A DNA stretch of 64,000 nucleotides from Laetmonice hystrix (GCA_965235115.1 OZ249447.1:7564001-7628000), one strand, 5' to 3'; shown: positions 1-13,393, numbered from the stretch's first letter. Notes: a model not told the origin generated them from the sequence alone. A program made the numbers and translations.

Positions 1-278
1 TACATGCTCCATAGAAGTTTGGGTTTGGCTTGGGTGTAATTTAACAGACCAATTAGCCATTGTCTTATTATCATTAGATAATTGTATGCAGTAAACTTCA
101 TTAAAAAAAAATTACTGCTCATGAGCAGGGAAAGACATAGGATTTTATTATGTTTGGTTATAATGTACATGTACATGTAGTCAGTCTTTGTTAACCCGAG
201 TACATGTACATATGATTTTTGTAGTAGCAAGGGTTGAGTGATTTTTTTATAACGTGTTAACTTTATTTACTTTACCAG

Positions 279-3200
279 TACTCCCTGTCCTATGCCTGCC
301 TGAAGCTCGTCAACTATGCCTTCTTCTTCTGGCTTCCATTTTACCTGACCAACAAGTTTGGCTGGGCTGCTACTGTTGCTGATAAAATTTCCATTTGGTA
401 TGATGTGGGTGGAATCATAGGTGGAGCTGTAGGTGGATTTGTTTCAGTAAGTACCAAATTCAAACCTGTGATTATTCAGTCAATTCAGTATTACTGGTAA
501 TTATACTGAGATTAATTGGTAAAACCAGCTTTGGATGTGAGGGCTCTTTGTTGTTTGTTACAGGATCGTGTCGGGTTGCGTGCTACAGTTGTAAATGTGA
601 TGTTACTTGGAGCTTTGCCCTCCCTCTATGGATATAGTTGTGAGTAAACCTTGCCCTCCCTCTATGGATATAGTTGTGAGTAAACCTTGCCCTCCCTCTA
701 TGGATATAGTTGTGAGTAAACCATGCCCTCCCTCTATGGATATAGTTGTGAGTAAACCTTGCCCTCCCTCTATGGATATAGTTGTGAGTAAACCTTGCCC
801 TCCCTCTATGGATATAGTTGTGAGTAAACCTTGCCCTCCCTCTATGGATATAGTTGTGAGTAAACCTTGCACTCCCTCTATGGATATAGTTGTGGGTAAA
901 CCTTGCCCTCCCCCTATGGATATAGTTGTGAGTAAACCTTGCACTCCCTCTATGGATATAGTTGTGAGTAAACCTTGCACTCCTATGGATATAGTTGTGG
1001 GTAAACCTTGCACTCCTTCTATGGATATAGTTGTGAGTAAACCTTGCACTCCTATGGATATAGTTGTGAGTAAACCTTGCCCTCCCTCTATGGATATAGT
1101 TGTGGGTAAACCTTGCCCTCCCTCTATGGATATAGTTGTGGGTAAACCTTGCCCTCCCTCTATGGATATAGTTGTGGGTAAACCTTGCACTCCTTCTATG
1201 AATATAGTTGTGAGTAAACCTTGCACTCCTTCTATGGATATAGTTGTGAGTAAACCTTGCTCTCCTTCTAGGGTATAGTTGTAAGTAAACCTTGCTCTAT
1301 TTACTTAAACTTTAAAATTAGTGATAGTTATATAATGGTGTTATTAATGGTCTAAGTAATCATCCTTTTTACATACATATCCTTTTTGCAGACATTTCTT
1401 TCATTGTGCCTCACCTTACATATTACTAGCACCTTTCGTTGCAACTGCTGCATGTAACTTTTGTGTGAAAGTTGGTAGATTACGTGTTAATTATTTGGCA
1501 TACCTGGCAGTGTCTCCGAACAGTGAGACGATCAACGCAGTCCTGATGGCTGTGACAGGATTCTGGATCGGTGGACCAGCGAATCTCATCAGCTCTGCTA
1601 TCGCAGCTGACATCGGTAAACTAAACATGTTAACCATTCTACCATAATGTAATCACTAGAATCGTGTATTGATTTAATTATTGTCAGTAGGCCTAGTACA
1701 GGACGGTTAGAGAAATTATTTGGTAATTTTAAAGTTCCATTTATTAACCAAAGTAAAACTGATACTAGCAGAGAAAAATCAGAGGTACTGGTAACGGAGC
1801 TGTTTGTACTTTCTATAATGTGGCAGTTATTTCACGTTTTTATCCTGAGAACTAGTCCTTGTGACTACCATGTCGACATGTAAATTGTAATGGGTGCCAT
1901 AATTTTGTTTGTTACAGGTAAGCAAGGATTGGTGTCTGGTAACAAGGAGGCTTTAGCCACTGTCACTGGTATCGTGGATGGTACGGGCAGCGTTGGAGCA
2001 GCTGCCGGCCAGGTGCGAAATCTAACATGCAATCAATCATGGAGGCCTAAAGGCTTTAAGCATTTCACTTGTACTTTGGGTGAAGGAAATCTTAGATGCA
2101 TTCAACCCTAGGAACAACATACATTTGTACAATGTATTTGTGAATACAAATCACAGATTTATTGAAATGGTTACACTGAATAACTACACTAAGGTTACCT
2201 TTCGCTTAGAAACAAAATCTATTATTGATTGGGTCTTAGGTCACATATATACATGTAAATAAGTGAAGGATAGGATGGTTTGTTTAGCAATGGACAGCCC
2301 TGCCGTTATTGGATTCATAGTACAAATACAAAGTTTTTATGTTATGTGTGGGTCATGACATGGTAAGCTCCCTGTCTGCCTCAACTCCTAAATAAGCTAA
2401 TTTAAGTCTGTGTTTTGTTCTGCAGCTGCTCGTTCCACTCATCCAGCTTCATCTCGGATGGCATTTCGTCTTTTATCTCTTCATGTTAATGGTTAGTTTT
2501 ACATACCACAATCATGTTAATGGTTAGTTTTACATACCACGATCATGTTAATGGTTAGTTTTACATACCACGATCATGTTAATGGTTAGTTTTACATACC
2601 ACGATCACGTTAATGGTTAGTTTTACATACTACGATCATGTGAATGGTTAGTTTTACATACTACGATCATGTTAATGGTTAGTTTTACATACTACGATCA
2701 TGTGAATGGTTAGTTTTACATGCCACGATCATGTTAATGGTTAGTTTTACATACCACGATCATGTTAATGGTTAGTTTTACATACTACGATCATGTTAAT
2801 GGTTAGTTTTACATACCACGATCATGTTAATGGTTAGTTTTACATACCACGATCATGTTAATGGTTAGTTTTACATACCACGATCATGTTAATGGTTAGT
2901 TTTACATACCACGATCATGTTAATGGTTAGTTTTACATACTACGATCATGTTAATGGTTAGTTTTACATACCACGATCCATGGACTTATAAATGCTGTCA
3001 CGCCTTACATTGCATGAAGTTTTACCAGGAAAACTTTATTTTGGTTCAATGTCTGCTTGATATGATTTGTTTTGTGAAACCAAAATGTGTGACTCGTAGT
3101 GAAAGGGCACTTTATATGGGAGGTTTAATAATGATTAATGATGCAGTTTGAAAAAAGACGAATTTATCCATGCAAATAATGTGTGGGTACTTGCTACCAT

Positions 3201-3393
3201 TGCTACTTGCTACTATTTGTCACCGATGGAATGTTTGGTATTTCAGACTGTTCTAACCATCATCTGTGTAGCTCCCATGCTCCGGGAATGGCGGGAAACT
3301 GCTTTCTATAGGCGCCGCTGGGGGGCGCTGCCGAGCCCTCAGGTCCAGAGTGGAGACCATGACGTCATCATCAACCGGTCTGTATGTTCCTGA
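279..3393 (+). CDS. SLC37A3: Sugar phosphate exchanger 3 (MFS, SLC37 family), 3' part; the 5' exons lie upstream of the window
   Basis: GT-AG exons in consistent phase: 279-446, 564-639, 1511-1615, 1918-2012, 2426-2491, 3247-3393. The translation contains YSLSYACLKLVNYAFFFWLPFYL, PSLYGYSLSPNSETINAVLMAVTGFWIGGPANLISSAIAADIG and EALATVTGIVDGTGSVGAAAGQ, which I recognise as SLC37A3-type. Confidence 0.92.
613..1297 (+). repeat. 36-bp minisatellite (~18 copies) spanning the SLC37A3 exon end and 5' splice site
   Basis: Unit ccttgccctccctctatggatatagtt|gtgagtaaa. The first copy is the true exon end at 639. Confidence 0.95.
2482..2978 (+). repeat. 31-bp minisatellite (~16 copies) spanning an SLC37A3 donor site
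   Basis: Unit atcatgttaatg|gttagttttacataccacg. The true exon end is at 2491. Confidence 0.95.
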
Positions 3394-4250
3394 GGTAGTA
3401 TGCCGTCCTGACTGCTTGTTTTGGCGTGAAGCAGTTCCGTTTGTCACTCATTCAGAAAAGAACAAAACACATAGAGCAATGTAATATACCTCAGTTTTGG
3501 TGCAATAGAAAGGATGTTAAATTTGTTCTGTCAGGGTCAAAAACACTTCACAAAACAAAATACATGTAACATGACAGAAACTGGCCTGGAAATGGCCTGC
3601 AAGCATACTAAGTATACAGGACAGTGGCCAAGAAATAAACCCGTCTTGTTATGACAACCTACTAAACAATAAGAAAAGCTTAATGCTCCCTGTAAATGCA
3701 GTTCGATATTCAAATGGACGCCTTGACGACATAATGGTTATTGATGATAACGGTAAAGATGAGTGAATGTGCAGCCACCTTGAAGCAAGGGTTGCCGCTT
3801 TGGGACATTGATCGTACAGAAAGTCTGTTAAACCAAGCAAAAAATGTATTGGTCTCGTTGTCAAAGATTGATAACCATTGAACAGGCAACTCTGATCAAT
3901 GTATCTTCAGAAATGTGTATGGTTCAAGTGTTGACTGATTGAATTCTTTCTATTGATTCGGACCAGTTGGAAACGGTGCACATTAACAAAGAGTGCACCT
4001 TTGTGACGGTTCACCTCCTAGGTTAATCCAGCAGATATCAGTGGGCACGAAATCAGTGGTGTATAGGCAGTGTTAAATCTTTAACTTCTGGCAGGTGAAT
4101 TGGTGGTCATAGCATGTACTGAATATGACAGAATATGTTTTGAAATTTAAAAAAAAGTTCAATTTTTCGAGCTTGATCATTCTTTCCTGGAGAAGACAGG
4201 AGTATCACCCTAATCCAATAGAAGACTGTACTTGAGGGATTCTCTATTTT

Positions 4251-4462
4251 AAGAGTCAGAACAAAGTGTTTGTGTTGAGTTTGATACTCGGTGTTGTCTC
4301 AAGGTGGTCGTTATCCTTATCCTGCTATAAAGAGTCGGAACAAATTGTTTGTGTTGAGTTTGATACTCGGTGTTGTCTCAAGGTGGTCGTTATCCTTATC
4401 CTGCTATAAAGAGTCGGAACAAATTGTTTGTGTTGAGTTTGATACTCGGTGTTGTCTCAAGG
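4251..4462 (+). repeat. 79-bp tandem repeat, ~2.7 copies
   Basis: aagagtc(a/g)gaacaaa...cctgctata starts at 4251, 4330 and 4409. Confidence 0.9.
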
Positions 4463-5309
4463 TGTAGTGAGTGTGTCAGTCCGTCCGAGCGCTGCCTTGG
4501 CCTGGTAGCAGCCGATCGGCGGATTTCTTTTTTTCTGATCTCGGAATGTGCGACATTAAAGCTTTAGTTCACTCAGAAATTTGATCAGTTTGTTTAGGTA
4601 GGCACGTCTCCTTCAAAAACAAAGCTATTGTAAAGCCAGCTGGTTTGGTATCGAACTTTACATACATGTACAATGTACTTCACACAGAGATTTATCTCAT
4701 GATGTCCTAGGTAATACGTAAACCTTACAATATTGGAACTCCTGGGGGCACCACCCCCTGCCTACCCCCCCCCCCCCTGCCGAAGTTGTATATTGTGGAA
4801 AACCTTCCTTATTGAATCCTGAAACGCGTCTCTCAGATCCTCAGCCAATATACGGCCTAGGTTCTAAAATTCTGGTCCCGCTATTTGACATAGCTTCTCT
4901 TGTGATTGGGTGAATGGTACCAAAAACATGCCAAAGTGTGAAATGTAGCAACATTCCATGAATAAATAAAATATTACAGGACTTGCTACCTTTTGACGTG
5001 TTCTTTCTTCTTACAATTCTAGACTGTCCGTGATGAATGTCACTTGTAATTTATTGGCCTCATGGTCAGCGGGGACCTGAGACGAGATTTATTATGAGGA
5101 TACCAACGGGGATGCCCCCTCCCCCGTAAACAGTCAGCCTACATTATAGTAAAGGTTGAACATGCGGATTTACTGGTCTGAGTAACATCAGTTACAGTTT
5201 AGTACTGTCTCTTTTGGCGCTGAGGTCTACTAATGATACATTCAGACGGGTAACATAAACTCCCCCCTTCCCCAACCCGTGCTGAGGGGTTGTTTGCCCA
5301 GGGACCCCA

Positions 5310-7603
5310 CCCCTAGCCCCGTGTTGAGGGTTTGGTAGTGCAGGGACCTCCAGACCCTAACTCCTAGCCCCGTGTTGAGGGTTTGGTAGTGCAGGGACCT
5401 CCAGACCTCAACCCCTAGCCCCGAGCCGTGTTGAGGGTTTGGTAGTGCAGGGACCTCCAGACCTCAACCCCTAGCCCCGTGTTGAGGGTTTGGTAGTGCA
5501 GGGACCTCCAGACCTCAACCCCTAGCCCCGTGTTGAGGGTTTGGTAGTGCAGGGACCTCCAGACCTCAACCCCTAGCCCCGTGTTGAGGGTTTGGTAGTA
5601 GAGGGACCTCCAGACCTCAACCCCTAGCCCCGTGTTGAGGGTTTGGTAGTACAGGGACCTCCAGACCTCAACCCCTAGCCCCGTGGTGAGGGTTTGGTAG
5701 TACAGGGACCTCCAGACCTCAACCCCTAGCCCCGTGTTGAGGGTTTGGTAGTGCAGGGACCTCCAGACCTCAACCCCTAGCCCCGTGGTGAGGGTTTGGT
5801 AGTACAGGGACCTCCAGACCTCAACCCCTAGCCCCGTGTTGAGGGTTTGGTAGTACAGGGACCTCCAGACCTCAACCCCTAGCCCCGTGGTGAGGGTTTG
5901 GTAGTGCAGGGACCTCCAGACCTCAACCCCTAGCCCCGTGTTGAGGGTTTGGTAGTGCAGGGACCTCCAGACCTCAACCCCTAGCCCCGTGTTGAGGGTT
6001 TGGTAGTGCAGGAACCTCCAGACCTCAACCCCTAGCCCCGTGGTGAGGGTTTGGTAGTACAGGGACCTCCAGACCTCAACCCCTAGCCCCGTGTTGAGGG
6101 TTTGGTAGTGCAGGAACCTCCAGACCTCAACCCCTAGCCCCGTGTTGAGGGTTTGGTAGTCCAGGGACTTCCAGACCTAAACCCCAGGCCCCTGTTGAGG
6201 GTTTGGTAGTGCAGGGACCTCCAGACCTCAACCCCTAGCCCCGTGTTGAGGGTTTGGTAGTACAGGGACCTCCAGACCTCAACCCCTAGCCCCGTGGTGA
6301 GGGTTTGGTAGTACAGGGACCTCCAGACCTCAACCCCTAGCCCCGTGTTGAGGGTTTGGTAGTGCAGGAACCTCCAGACCTCAACCCCTAGCCCCGTGTT
6401 GAGGGTTTGGTAGTGCAGGGACCTCCAGACCTCAACCCCTAGCCCCGTGTTGAGGGTTTGGTAGTGCAGGGACCTCCAGACCTCAACCCTAGGCCCCGTG
6501 TTGAGGGTTTGGTAGTGCAGGGACCTCCAGACCTCAACCCCTAGCCCCGTGTTGAGGGTTTGGTAGTACAGGGACCTCCAGACCTCAACCCCTAGCCCCG
6601 TGTTGAGGGTTTGGTAGTGCAGGGACCTCCAGACCTCAACCCCTAGCCCCGTGTTGAGGGTTTGGTAGTGCAGGGACCTCCAGACCTCAACCCCTAGCCC
6701 CGTGTTGAGGGTTTGGTAGTGCAGGGACCTCCAGACCTCAACCTCTAGCCCCGTGTTGAGGGTTTGGCAGTGCAGGGACCTCCAGACCTCAACCTCTAGC
6801 CCCGTGTTGAGGGTTTGGTAGTGCAGGGACCTCCAGACCTCAACCCCTAGCCCCGTGGTGAGGGTTTGGTAGTGCAGGGACCTCCAGACCTCAACCCCTA
6901 GCCCCGTGTTGAGGGTTTGGTAGTGCAGGGACCTCCAGACCTCAACCCCTAGCCCCGTGTTGAGGGTTTGGTAGTGCAGGGACCTCCAGACCTCAACCCC
7001 TAGCCCCGTGTTGAGGGTTTGGTAGTGCAGGGACCTCCAGACCTCAACCCCTAGCCCCGTGTTGAGGGTTTGGTAGTGCAGGGACCTCCAGACCTCAACC
7101 TCTAGCCCCGTGTTGAGGGTTTGGCAGTGCAGGGACCTCCAGACCTCAACCTCTAGCCCCGTGTTGAGGGTTTGGTAGTGCAGGGACCTCCAGACCTCAA
7201 CCCCTAGCCCCGTGGTGAGGGTTTGGTAGTACAGGGACCTCCAGACCTCAACCCCTAGCCCCGTGTTGAGGGTTTGGTAGTACAGGGACCTCCAGACCTC
7301 AACCCCTAGCCCCGTGTTGAGGGTTTGGTAGTACAGGGACCTCCAGACCTCAACCCCTAGCCCCGTGTTGAGGGTTTGGTAGTGCAGGGACCTCCAGACC
7401 TCAACCCCTAGCCCCGTGTTGAGGGTTTGGTAGTACAGGGACCTCCAGACCTCAACCCCTAGCCCCGTGGTGAGGGTTTGGTAGTACAGGGACCTCCAGA
7501 CCTCAACCCCTAGCCCCGTGTTGAGGGTTTGGTAGTGCAGGGACCTCCAGACCTCAACCCCTAGCCCCGAGCCGTGTTGAGGGTTTGGTAGTGCAGGGAC
7601 CTC
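5310..7603. repeat. 51-bp GC-rich minisatellite, ~45 copies
   Basis: Unit ccccgtgttgagggtttggtagtgcagggacctccagacctcaacccctag, highly homogeneous. It explains the 504-aa minus-strand ORF. Confidence 0.97.
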
Positions 7604-9261
7604 ATTGTTGGCATTCTGGCAGTGCCTGGCTCCCGTTGACGCCGGCACACAGGTATCGTTTTGTGATCAGATCGGCGTATAAACTCGATAATTGCCGTCC
7701 ATTGATCTAACGACCATCAGCCATGGCCACAGATTGGACCCCGACTCCGTCCACTACATCCCAAAGACTTTATCAGAAAGTTCATGGAATGCATATATTT
7801 ATTATTTAGTTCTCCTAGGGGTCGCTTACTTAATGATCCTTAGCGAACTGTTCACGTCTGTTCACCGTGATGTTCAACCAAGACGGCCAAGCATCTGTTC
7901 AGATAGAAAACCTAACCAGACAACCTCATGACGTGTATCGCAGTCTTCGAAGCTGCGAAATTAATTCATTTGGTTTTAGATGATATCCCTTCGGTACCTC
8001 CACCAAAAGTCTTGCAGCTCTCTGCGGTGAGACTGACACTTATTCACACCCAAACTTACTTTTCAACAATTTGGCTGCGGTCAAATGCCAGTCTGTTACG
8101 CACTGTAGTAGGCCTTTCATCCAACAGTTTCCCTGTCATAACGATGATGTCTTGACACGTTGATGGAACGACCAAATATGTCGAAAGCTATGCACGTTTT
8201 TTCAGTATTCCCACACGTTTGGTCGGAACACCTGACGCGCCAGTTGTGAGTAGTATATGGCGAAAGGCCTAAGTGTCGGCATTGTTAAGTCGGCCTCATC
8301 ACATCAAGATGTATAAAATTAAATACATAGGTCTCTAACATTATTTTATAGAGAGTGACACTTCGGGCTTGATAATCCAGTACACAGCAGCCTGAGGGGA
8401 AGCCTCGAGAGTACTGATTGCTTCCAACACAAGGCACGTGTACTCCCTCAAGTAATGACAGGGGGCGTAGATTGCATTTAGACCCGGCTGAAAGTTTGGC
8501 AGGTTACCATGAGTCTTACCTGGGGTGTTACTGAGCCTGCCCGGTGCTGTGTGGGAGACCGGCCGTCTCCACATGCCGTCCCGGGACGGTAGACCCTGGT
8601 CGCCCTCCCGCGACCAACCCGTACAACCCGACTGATGCCAGGGAAGCTATCACACCACGCTAACACCGTAATTCGATTTCAGATAATAGCCCATTGACCC
8701 GTGTGGTGGCGGCCGATAGGTGCGACCCGGGAGGTGAGAGGGTAGGGTAGGCTGGGATAGGGTTGGAGTTCAGGGAGTGGTGGGTATAAGTTTAGAGTTC
8801 ACCATATACAGACTGCATGGAAGTGTCTTCTAGTTGGCTCATTTAGACTACGGACACTGATTTTAACGATTCAATTTGTTCCAACAGACCTTTCCTGGGG
8901 AAAATATGGTAAAATAACCTCTTTAACCCCAATAGGAATCAGCAGATATAGGCCTATTTTTCAGTATTACAAATGCTTTAAGTTGAATTAGGCGAGATAG
9001 CATGCCCATTTCTTATTTATTATAAATGTCGCAGTTATACTGCTGGCATCTCTCGGTCACTGATATATTATAATTACATGTATATATGTTAAAAAATTAC
9101 CTGCCAGTGACAGATCTGGGGTGGGGGCTAAGGGAGCTCAGCCGAAATTCGGCCAGTTTTTAGGCCCAGATTTATTGGTCTTTCAGACATGTACATGTAA
9201 AAGATTTTTTTGTGAAAAACGATGTATAATCCCTACTGTAGACCTAAAGTTTGAGCGAGTA

Positions 9262-9308
9262 ATGGTCAGAGTGTTGGCTTGGGTGGTCATCCTCACGGCG
9301 TCTACATG
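9262..9308 (+). CDS. Candidate signal-peptide first exon of the lectin/EGF membrane protein gene
   Basis: ATG-initiated hydrophobic peptide MVRVLAWVVILTAST(W) followed by a weak donor (gttaga). Linkage to the downstream exons is not demonstrated. Confidence 0.3.
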
Positions 9309-10430
9309 GTTAGAACAGTCCTTGAATTAATCGGGGAACGAGATCTAAAAATTGTATGGTCTGCAGTACGTAGACTTATTGTAGGCCTAAGGGGCCTGAT
9401 GTTAGAGTTAGACATTTAGTTATGTAATTGTAGGGGTGGGGTTAAAATTGGTGCGATTAGATTTCTAAATGAAATGAAATAAATGACGATCCAGATATTA
9501 TTACATGTAGGCCTATAGATGCTATTCCTTTCGTTCTGGGTATGCCGCCTTCTCTCAGTAGATGTCGCTGTCATTCATTGATACCGTTTTCAGCGTGCGA
9601 AACCTGGGAGGGATTGCCCTCACCTTCGCCTTTTGGCCGAAGGTAAGGAACAAGAAATGGAAAAAGTTTTTGGGTTCGCTTTAGACCTTCCGCGCTCTTC
9701 CGGGCGCTTACGAACTCTTTATGCATCTTCCGATATCTTACGCGAGGCCACGCGCACTATGCACTCTTCCGATCATATCTAACATTTTTGATCTGCTCGT
9801 AAGGAGGTCCCGAGGGCGCTCTAGCACTCGTAAGACGTCTGAAGCCCTCGGAACACTCGTGAACTCTAGTAATGCGTGATTCACTTTAATTGCTTGCGTG
9901 TATTCCCAATTTGGATTTTTTTCCTCGGAAGAACTCGTAAGACCGCGCAAGGGGTGAATCGGAAGCATCGCAACGTAAGTGGATCACGTCCAATTAGAAA
10001 GACATCCTCTCATTCTGACTTAATGTCATGCATACTCCGGAATGGCAGGTCATGCAGAGGTCGCCCTGCCATTCTGCCGAATTCCTTATTGGCATGAAAA
10101 CGTGATGCGTCTTGATACACTTGGTGTGAATATAAATTATACAGCCGTTTCTGTACACACGTAACGTAATTGTTTCCATAGAGACGGAGGCTCCCATTTA
10201 GAGTCTCATTGCCGAAAACGGTAGAAGTACCGGACTGCACCATTGCGACGTCGACGGAAGGCACTTTATATTGTTGCTTTATTTCTGTACACGGAAAAGG
10301 CTGGAAATATGGTGAGAGAAATTATTATTTCATTTCGTTTTTTTTTCCGCTCTGATCGTACCCCAAGATGAGGGGAACAAAAGAATCTAATGAAGGTATA
10401 AATCATTCACGAAATTTCAAGGAGTCTACT

Positions 10431-12145
10431 CAATAGTGTTTATAATAATGGCTGAGTTTGTACACACATTGAATAGTGTTTATAGTAACGGCTGAGTTTG
10501 TACACACATTGTGTTTATAAAAACGGCTGAGTTTGTACACACATTGTGTTTATAGTAACGGCTGAGTTTGTACACACATTGTGTTTATAATAACGGTTGA
10601 GTTTGTACACACATTCTGTTTATAATAACGGCTGAGTTTGTACACACATTGAATAGTGTTTATAATAACGGTTGAGTTTGTACACACATTGAATAGTGTT
10701 TATAATAACGGCTGAGTTTGTACACACATTGAATAGTGTTTATAATAACGGCTGAGTTTGTACACACATTGAATAGTGTTTATAACGGCTGAGTTTGTAC
10801 ACACATTGAATAGTGTTTATAGTAACGGCTGAGTTTGTACACACATTGAATAGTGTTTATAAAAACGGCTGAGTTTGTACACACGTTAAATAGTGTTTAT
10901 AATAACGGCTGAGTTTGTACACACATTGAATAGTGTTTATAATAATGGTTGAGTTTGTACACACATCGAATAGTGTTTATAATAACGGTTGAGTTTGTAC
11001 ACACATTGACTAGTGTTTATAACGGCTGAGTTTGTACACACATTGTGTTTATAATAACGGCTGAGTTTGTACACACATTGACTAGTGTTTATAACGGCTG
11101 AGTTTGTACACACATTGTGTTTATAATAACGGCTGAGTTTGTACACACATTGCCTAGTGTTTATAACGGCTGAGTTTGTACACACATTGTGTTTATAATA
11201 ACGACTCAGTTTGTACACACATTGAATAGTGTTTATAATAACGGCTGAGTTTGTACACACATTGTGTTTATAATAACGGCTGAGTTTGTACACACATTGG
11301 AAAGTGTTTATAATAACGGCTGAGTTTGTACACACATTGTGTTTATAATAACGGCTGAGTTTGTACACACATTGTGTTTATAATAACGGCTGAGTTTGTA
11401 CACACATTGTGTTTATAATAACGGCTGAGTTTGTACAAACATTGAATAGTGTTTACAATAACGGCTGAGTTTGTACACACATTGTGTTTATAATAACGGC
11501 TGAGTTTGTACAAACATTGAATAGTGTTTACAATAACGGCTGAGTTTGTACACACATTGTGTTTATAATAACGGCTGAGTTTGTACACACATTGGAAAGT
11601 GTTTATAATAACGGCTGAGTTTGTATACACATTGGATAGTGTTTACAATAACGGCTGAGTTTGTACACACATTGTGTTTATAATAACGGCTGAGTTTGTA
11701 CACACATTGAATAGTGTTTATAATAACGGCTGAGTTTGTACACACATTGAATAGTGTTTATAATAACGGCTGAGTTTGTACACACATTGGAAAGTGTTTA
11801 TAATAACGGCTGAGTTTGTACACACATTGGAAAGTGTTTATAATAACGGCTGAGTTTGTACACACATTAAATAGTGTTTATAATAATGGCTGAGTTTGTA
11901 TACACATTGAATAGTGTTTATAACGGCTGAGTTTGTACACACATTGAATAGTGTTTATAATAACGGCTGAGTTTGTACACACATTGGAAAGTGTTTATAA
12001 TAACGGCTGAGTTTGTACACACATTGGAAAGTGTTTATAACAACGGCTGAGTTTGTACACACATTAAATAGTGTTTATAATAATGGCTGAGTTTGTATAC
12101 ACATTGAATAGTGTTTATAATAACGGCTGAGTTTGTACACACATT
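10431..12145. repeat. AT-rich minisatellite with interleaved ~33-bp and ~40-bp unit variants, ~45 copies
   Basis: Core ataataacggctgagtttgtacacacattg, with or without aatagt, then tgttt. Confidence 0.95.
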
Positions 12146-12363
12146 TGCCAGTGGGGATCGAGTCTCAAGACTCACGCATTTCAGGTAATGTATAGCTTGA
12201 ACCCTGGACCTAAATATTGTGCGTTAGACCGACAAATCTTCTTCATCAAACATACGATCCTTATAGGCTTAGCTGCTTGTAGCATCAAGAGGAATGTAGA
12301 GGCTGTGTTGATGTAGGCAACATGAGTTCCTAACACCGGCTCAATCAGTCGCCGTCATCTGAC

Positions 12364-12647
12364 CAGGGCCGTAGCTAGCGGGGGGCGGGAGGGGGCAGCT
12401 GCCCCCTGTGAAACCCCAGAAAATTGTTTCTATGTCTATTATAGGCCTAAAGACTGGTCTATATCGCGTATTTGGCAATGTAATTTTCAATTTTTTCTGG
12501 GGGAGGACCTCCAGACCCCCCGCGCATGGCTTCGCGCCTTCGGCGCCCCATGGGGGGGGGGACACCCCTTTTCACAAAATCCTGGATCCGTCCCTGACTG
12601 CCCTCCCCCCCCCCCCCCATTCAGATATTTCTAGCTATACGGCCCTG
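12364..12647. mobile_element. MITE-like non-autonomous DNA transposon (284 bp)
   Basis: The left end cagggccgtagctag matches the right end ctagctatacggccctg as an inverted repeat with a 2-nt indel. A 5-bp direct repeat ctgac flanks both sides. The interior has G/C runs and a nested terminus ctggatccgtccctg that also occurs near 42755. Confidence 0.7.
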
Positions 12648-13241
12648 CTGACAGCAAGCGTGATGGCAAAGTTGTTCACGCTGATACATGTACATCCATG
12701 TTCCTTCGACCTCTGGAACATTCCTTATGTTCAGCCATCAGTTTTGTCTTATTCCATACCTAATTGGTTTCTCTCAGGCAACTTTCCACCTCATGCGACC
12801 GCTTAGTTTGGCATGTATAGATCTGGACCTACATGGGACAAATTACAAAACCTAAATGTTGCGTTTAAAATCGCATCTACCCCTCAATTAATTTGTCATA
12901 TAACGATAAGGCCAGGGCAAGGAAATCGGTTGTTGACATTAATATGTTGTTCCGTTGGCCTTACGGCAAAGTTAATGGGACTAAATTGGGCGTGTCCGGT
13001 TAAATATGAATTGCATGAAAGATTTCGTGGGTTGGAGATTATAGACGGAATCCTACGGGAGGGAGATCGCGTGCCTGATATACAGCTAGGAGCACGCCTA
13101 TAGCACCTTGACGATGGGCTCAGTAAACAACCTCTTCACACCTGGGTGGATCCGGAATTTCAGATCCCGGCCGGGAAATTTACCTAGAACTTTTTACTAT
13201 TAAAAATAATATGTAACTCTCTTATATACTGTGCGATATGT

Positions 13242-13393
13242 CAGTGGTGTAGAAAGGAAAAAAATATTGGGGGGGGGGGCAGAAGTGACGTCACAATGGC
13301 TTACGCCGATGGCTCTGCATTGAGCCTGCGGTCATTTTATAAATATTGGGGGGGGGGGGCAGCCCCCACTGCCCCCAGCTTCCTACGCCCCGG
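13242..13393. mobile_element. Degenerate short MITE-like element
   Basis: Imperfect terminal inverted repeats (cagtggtgtagaaag versus the reverse complement of cttcctacgccccgg) enclosing two aaatattggggggggg motifs. Confidence 0.4.

Noticed and set aside
603-1278. 207-aa and 223-aa ORFs on opposite strands
   Set aside because: They are translations of the 36-bp intronic minisatellite. The real SLC37A3 frame hits TAA within the first unit.
6134-7648. 504-aa minus-strand ORF of 17-aa repeats
   Set aside because: A stop-free frame of a 51-bp satellite, with no ATG start, no unique domain and no splice support.
8511-8660. CTTACCTGG resembling the U1 snRNA 5' end; also a possible tRNA/SINE or hammerhead ribozyme
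   Set aside because: The downstream sequence does not match U1 stem-loops or an Sm site, there is no convincing B box, and the hammerhead core is incomplete. It is better read as a minus-strand splice donor.
9590-10260. Possible transposase or reverse-transcriptase fragment suggested by short ORFs and repeated ctcgtaag/cttacg motifs
   Set aside because: No recognisable catalytic motifs, TIR or TSD found by eye.
10431-12145. CRISPR-like appearance of regularly spaced 33-40 bp repeats (also 2482-2978 and 55388-56746)
   Set aside because: Units are head-to-tail with no unique spacers, no cas genes are present, and the context is eukaryotic introns.
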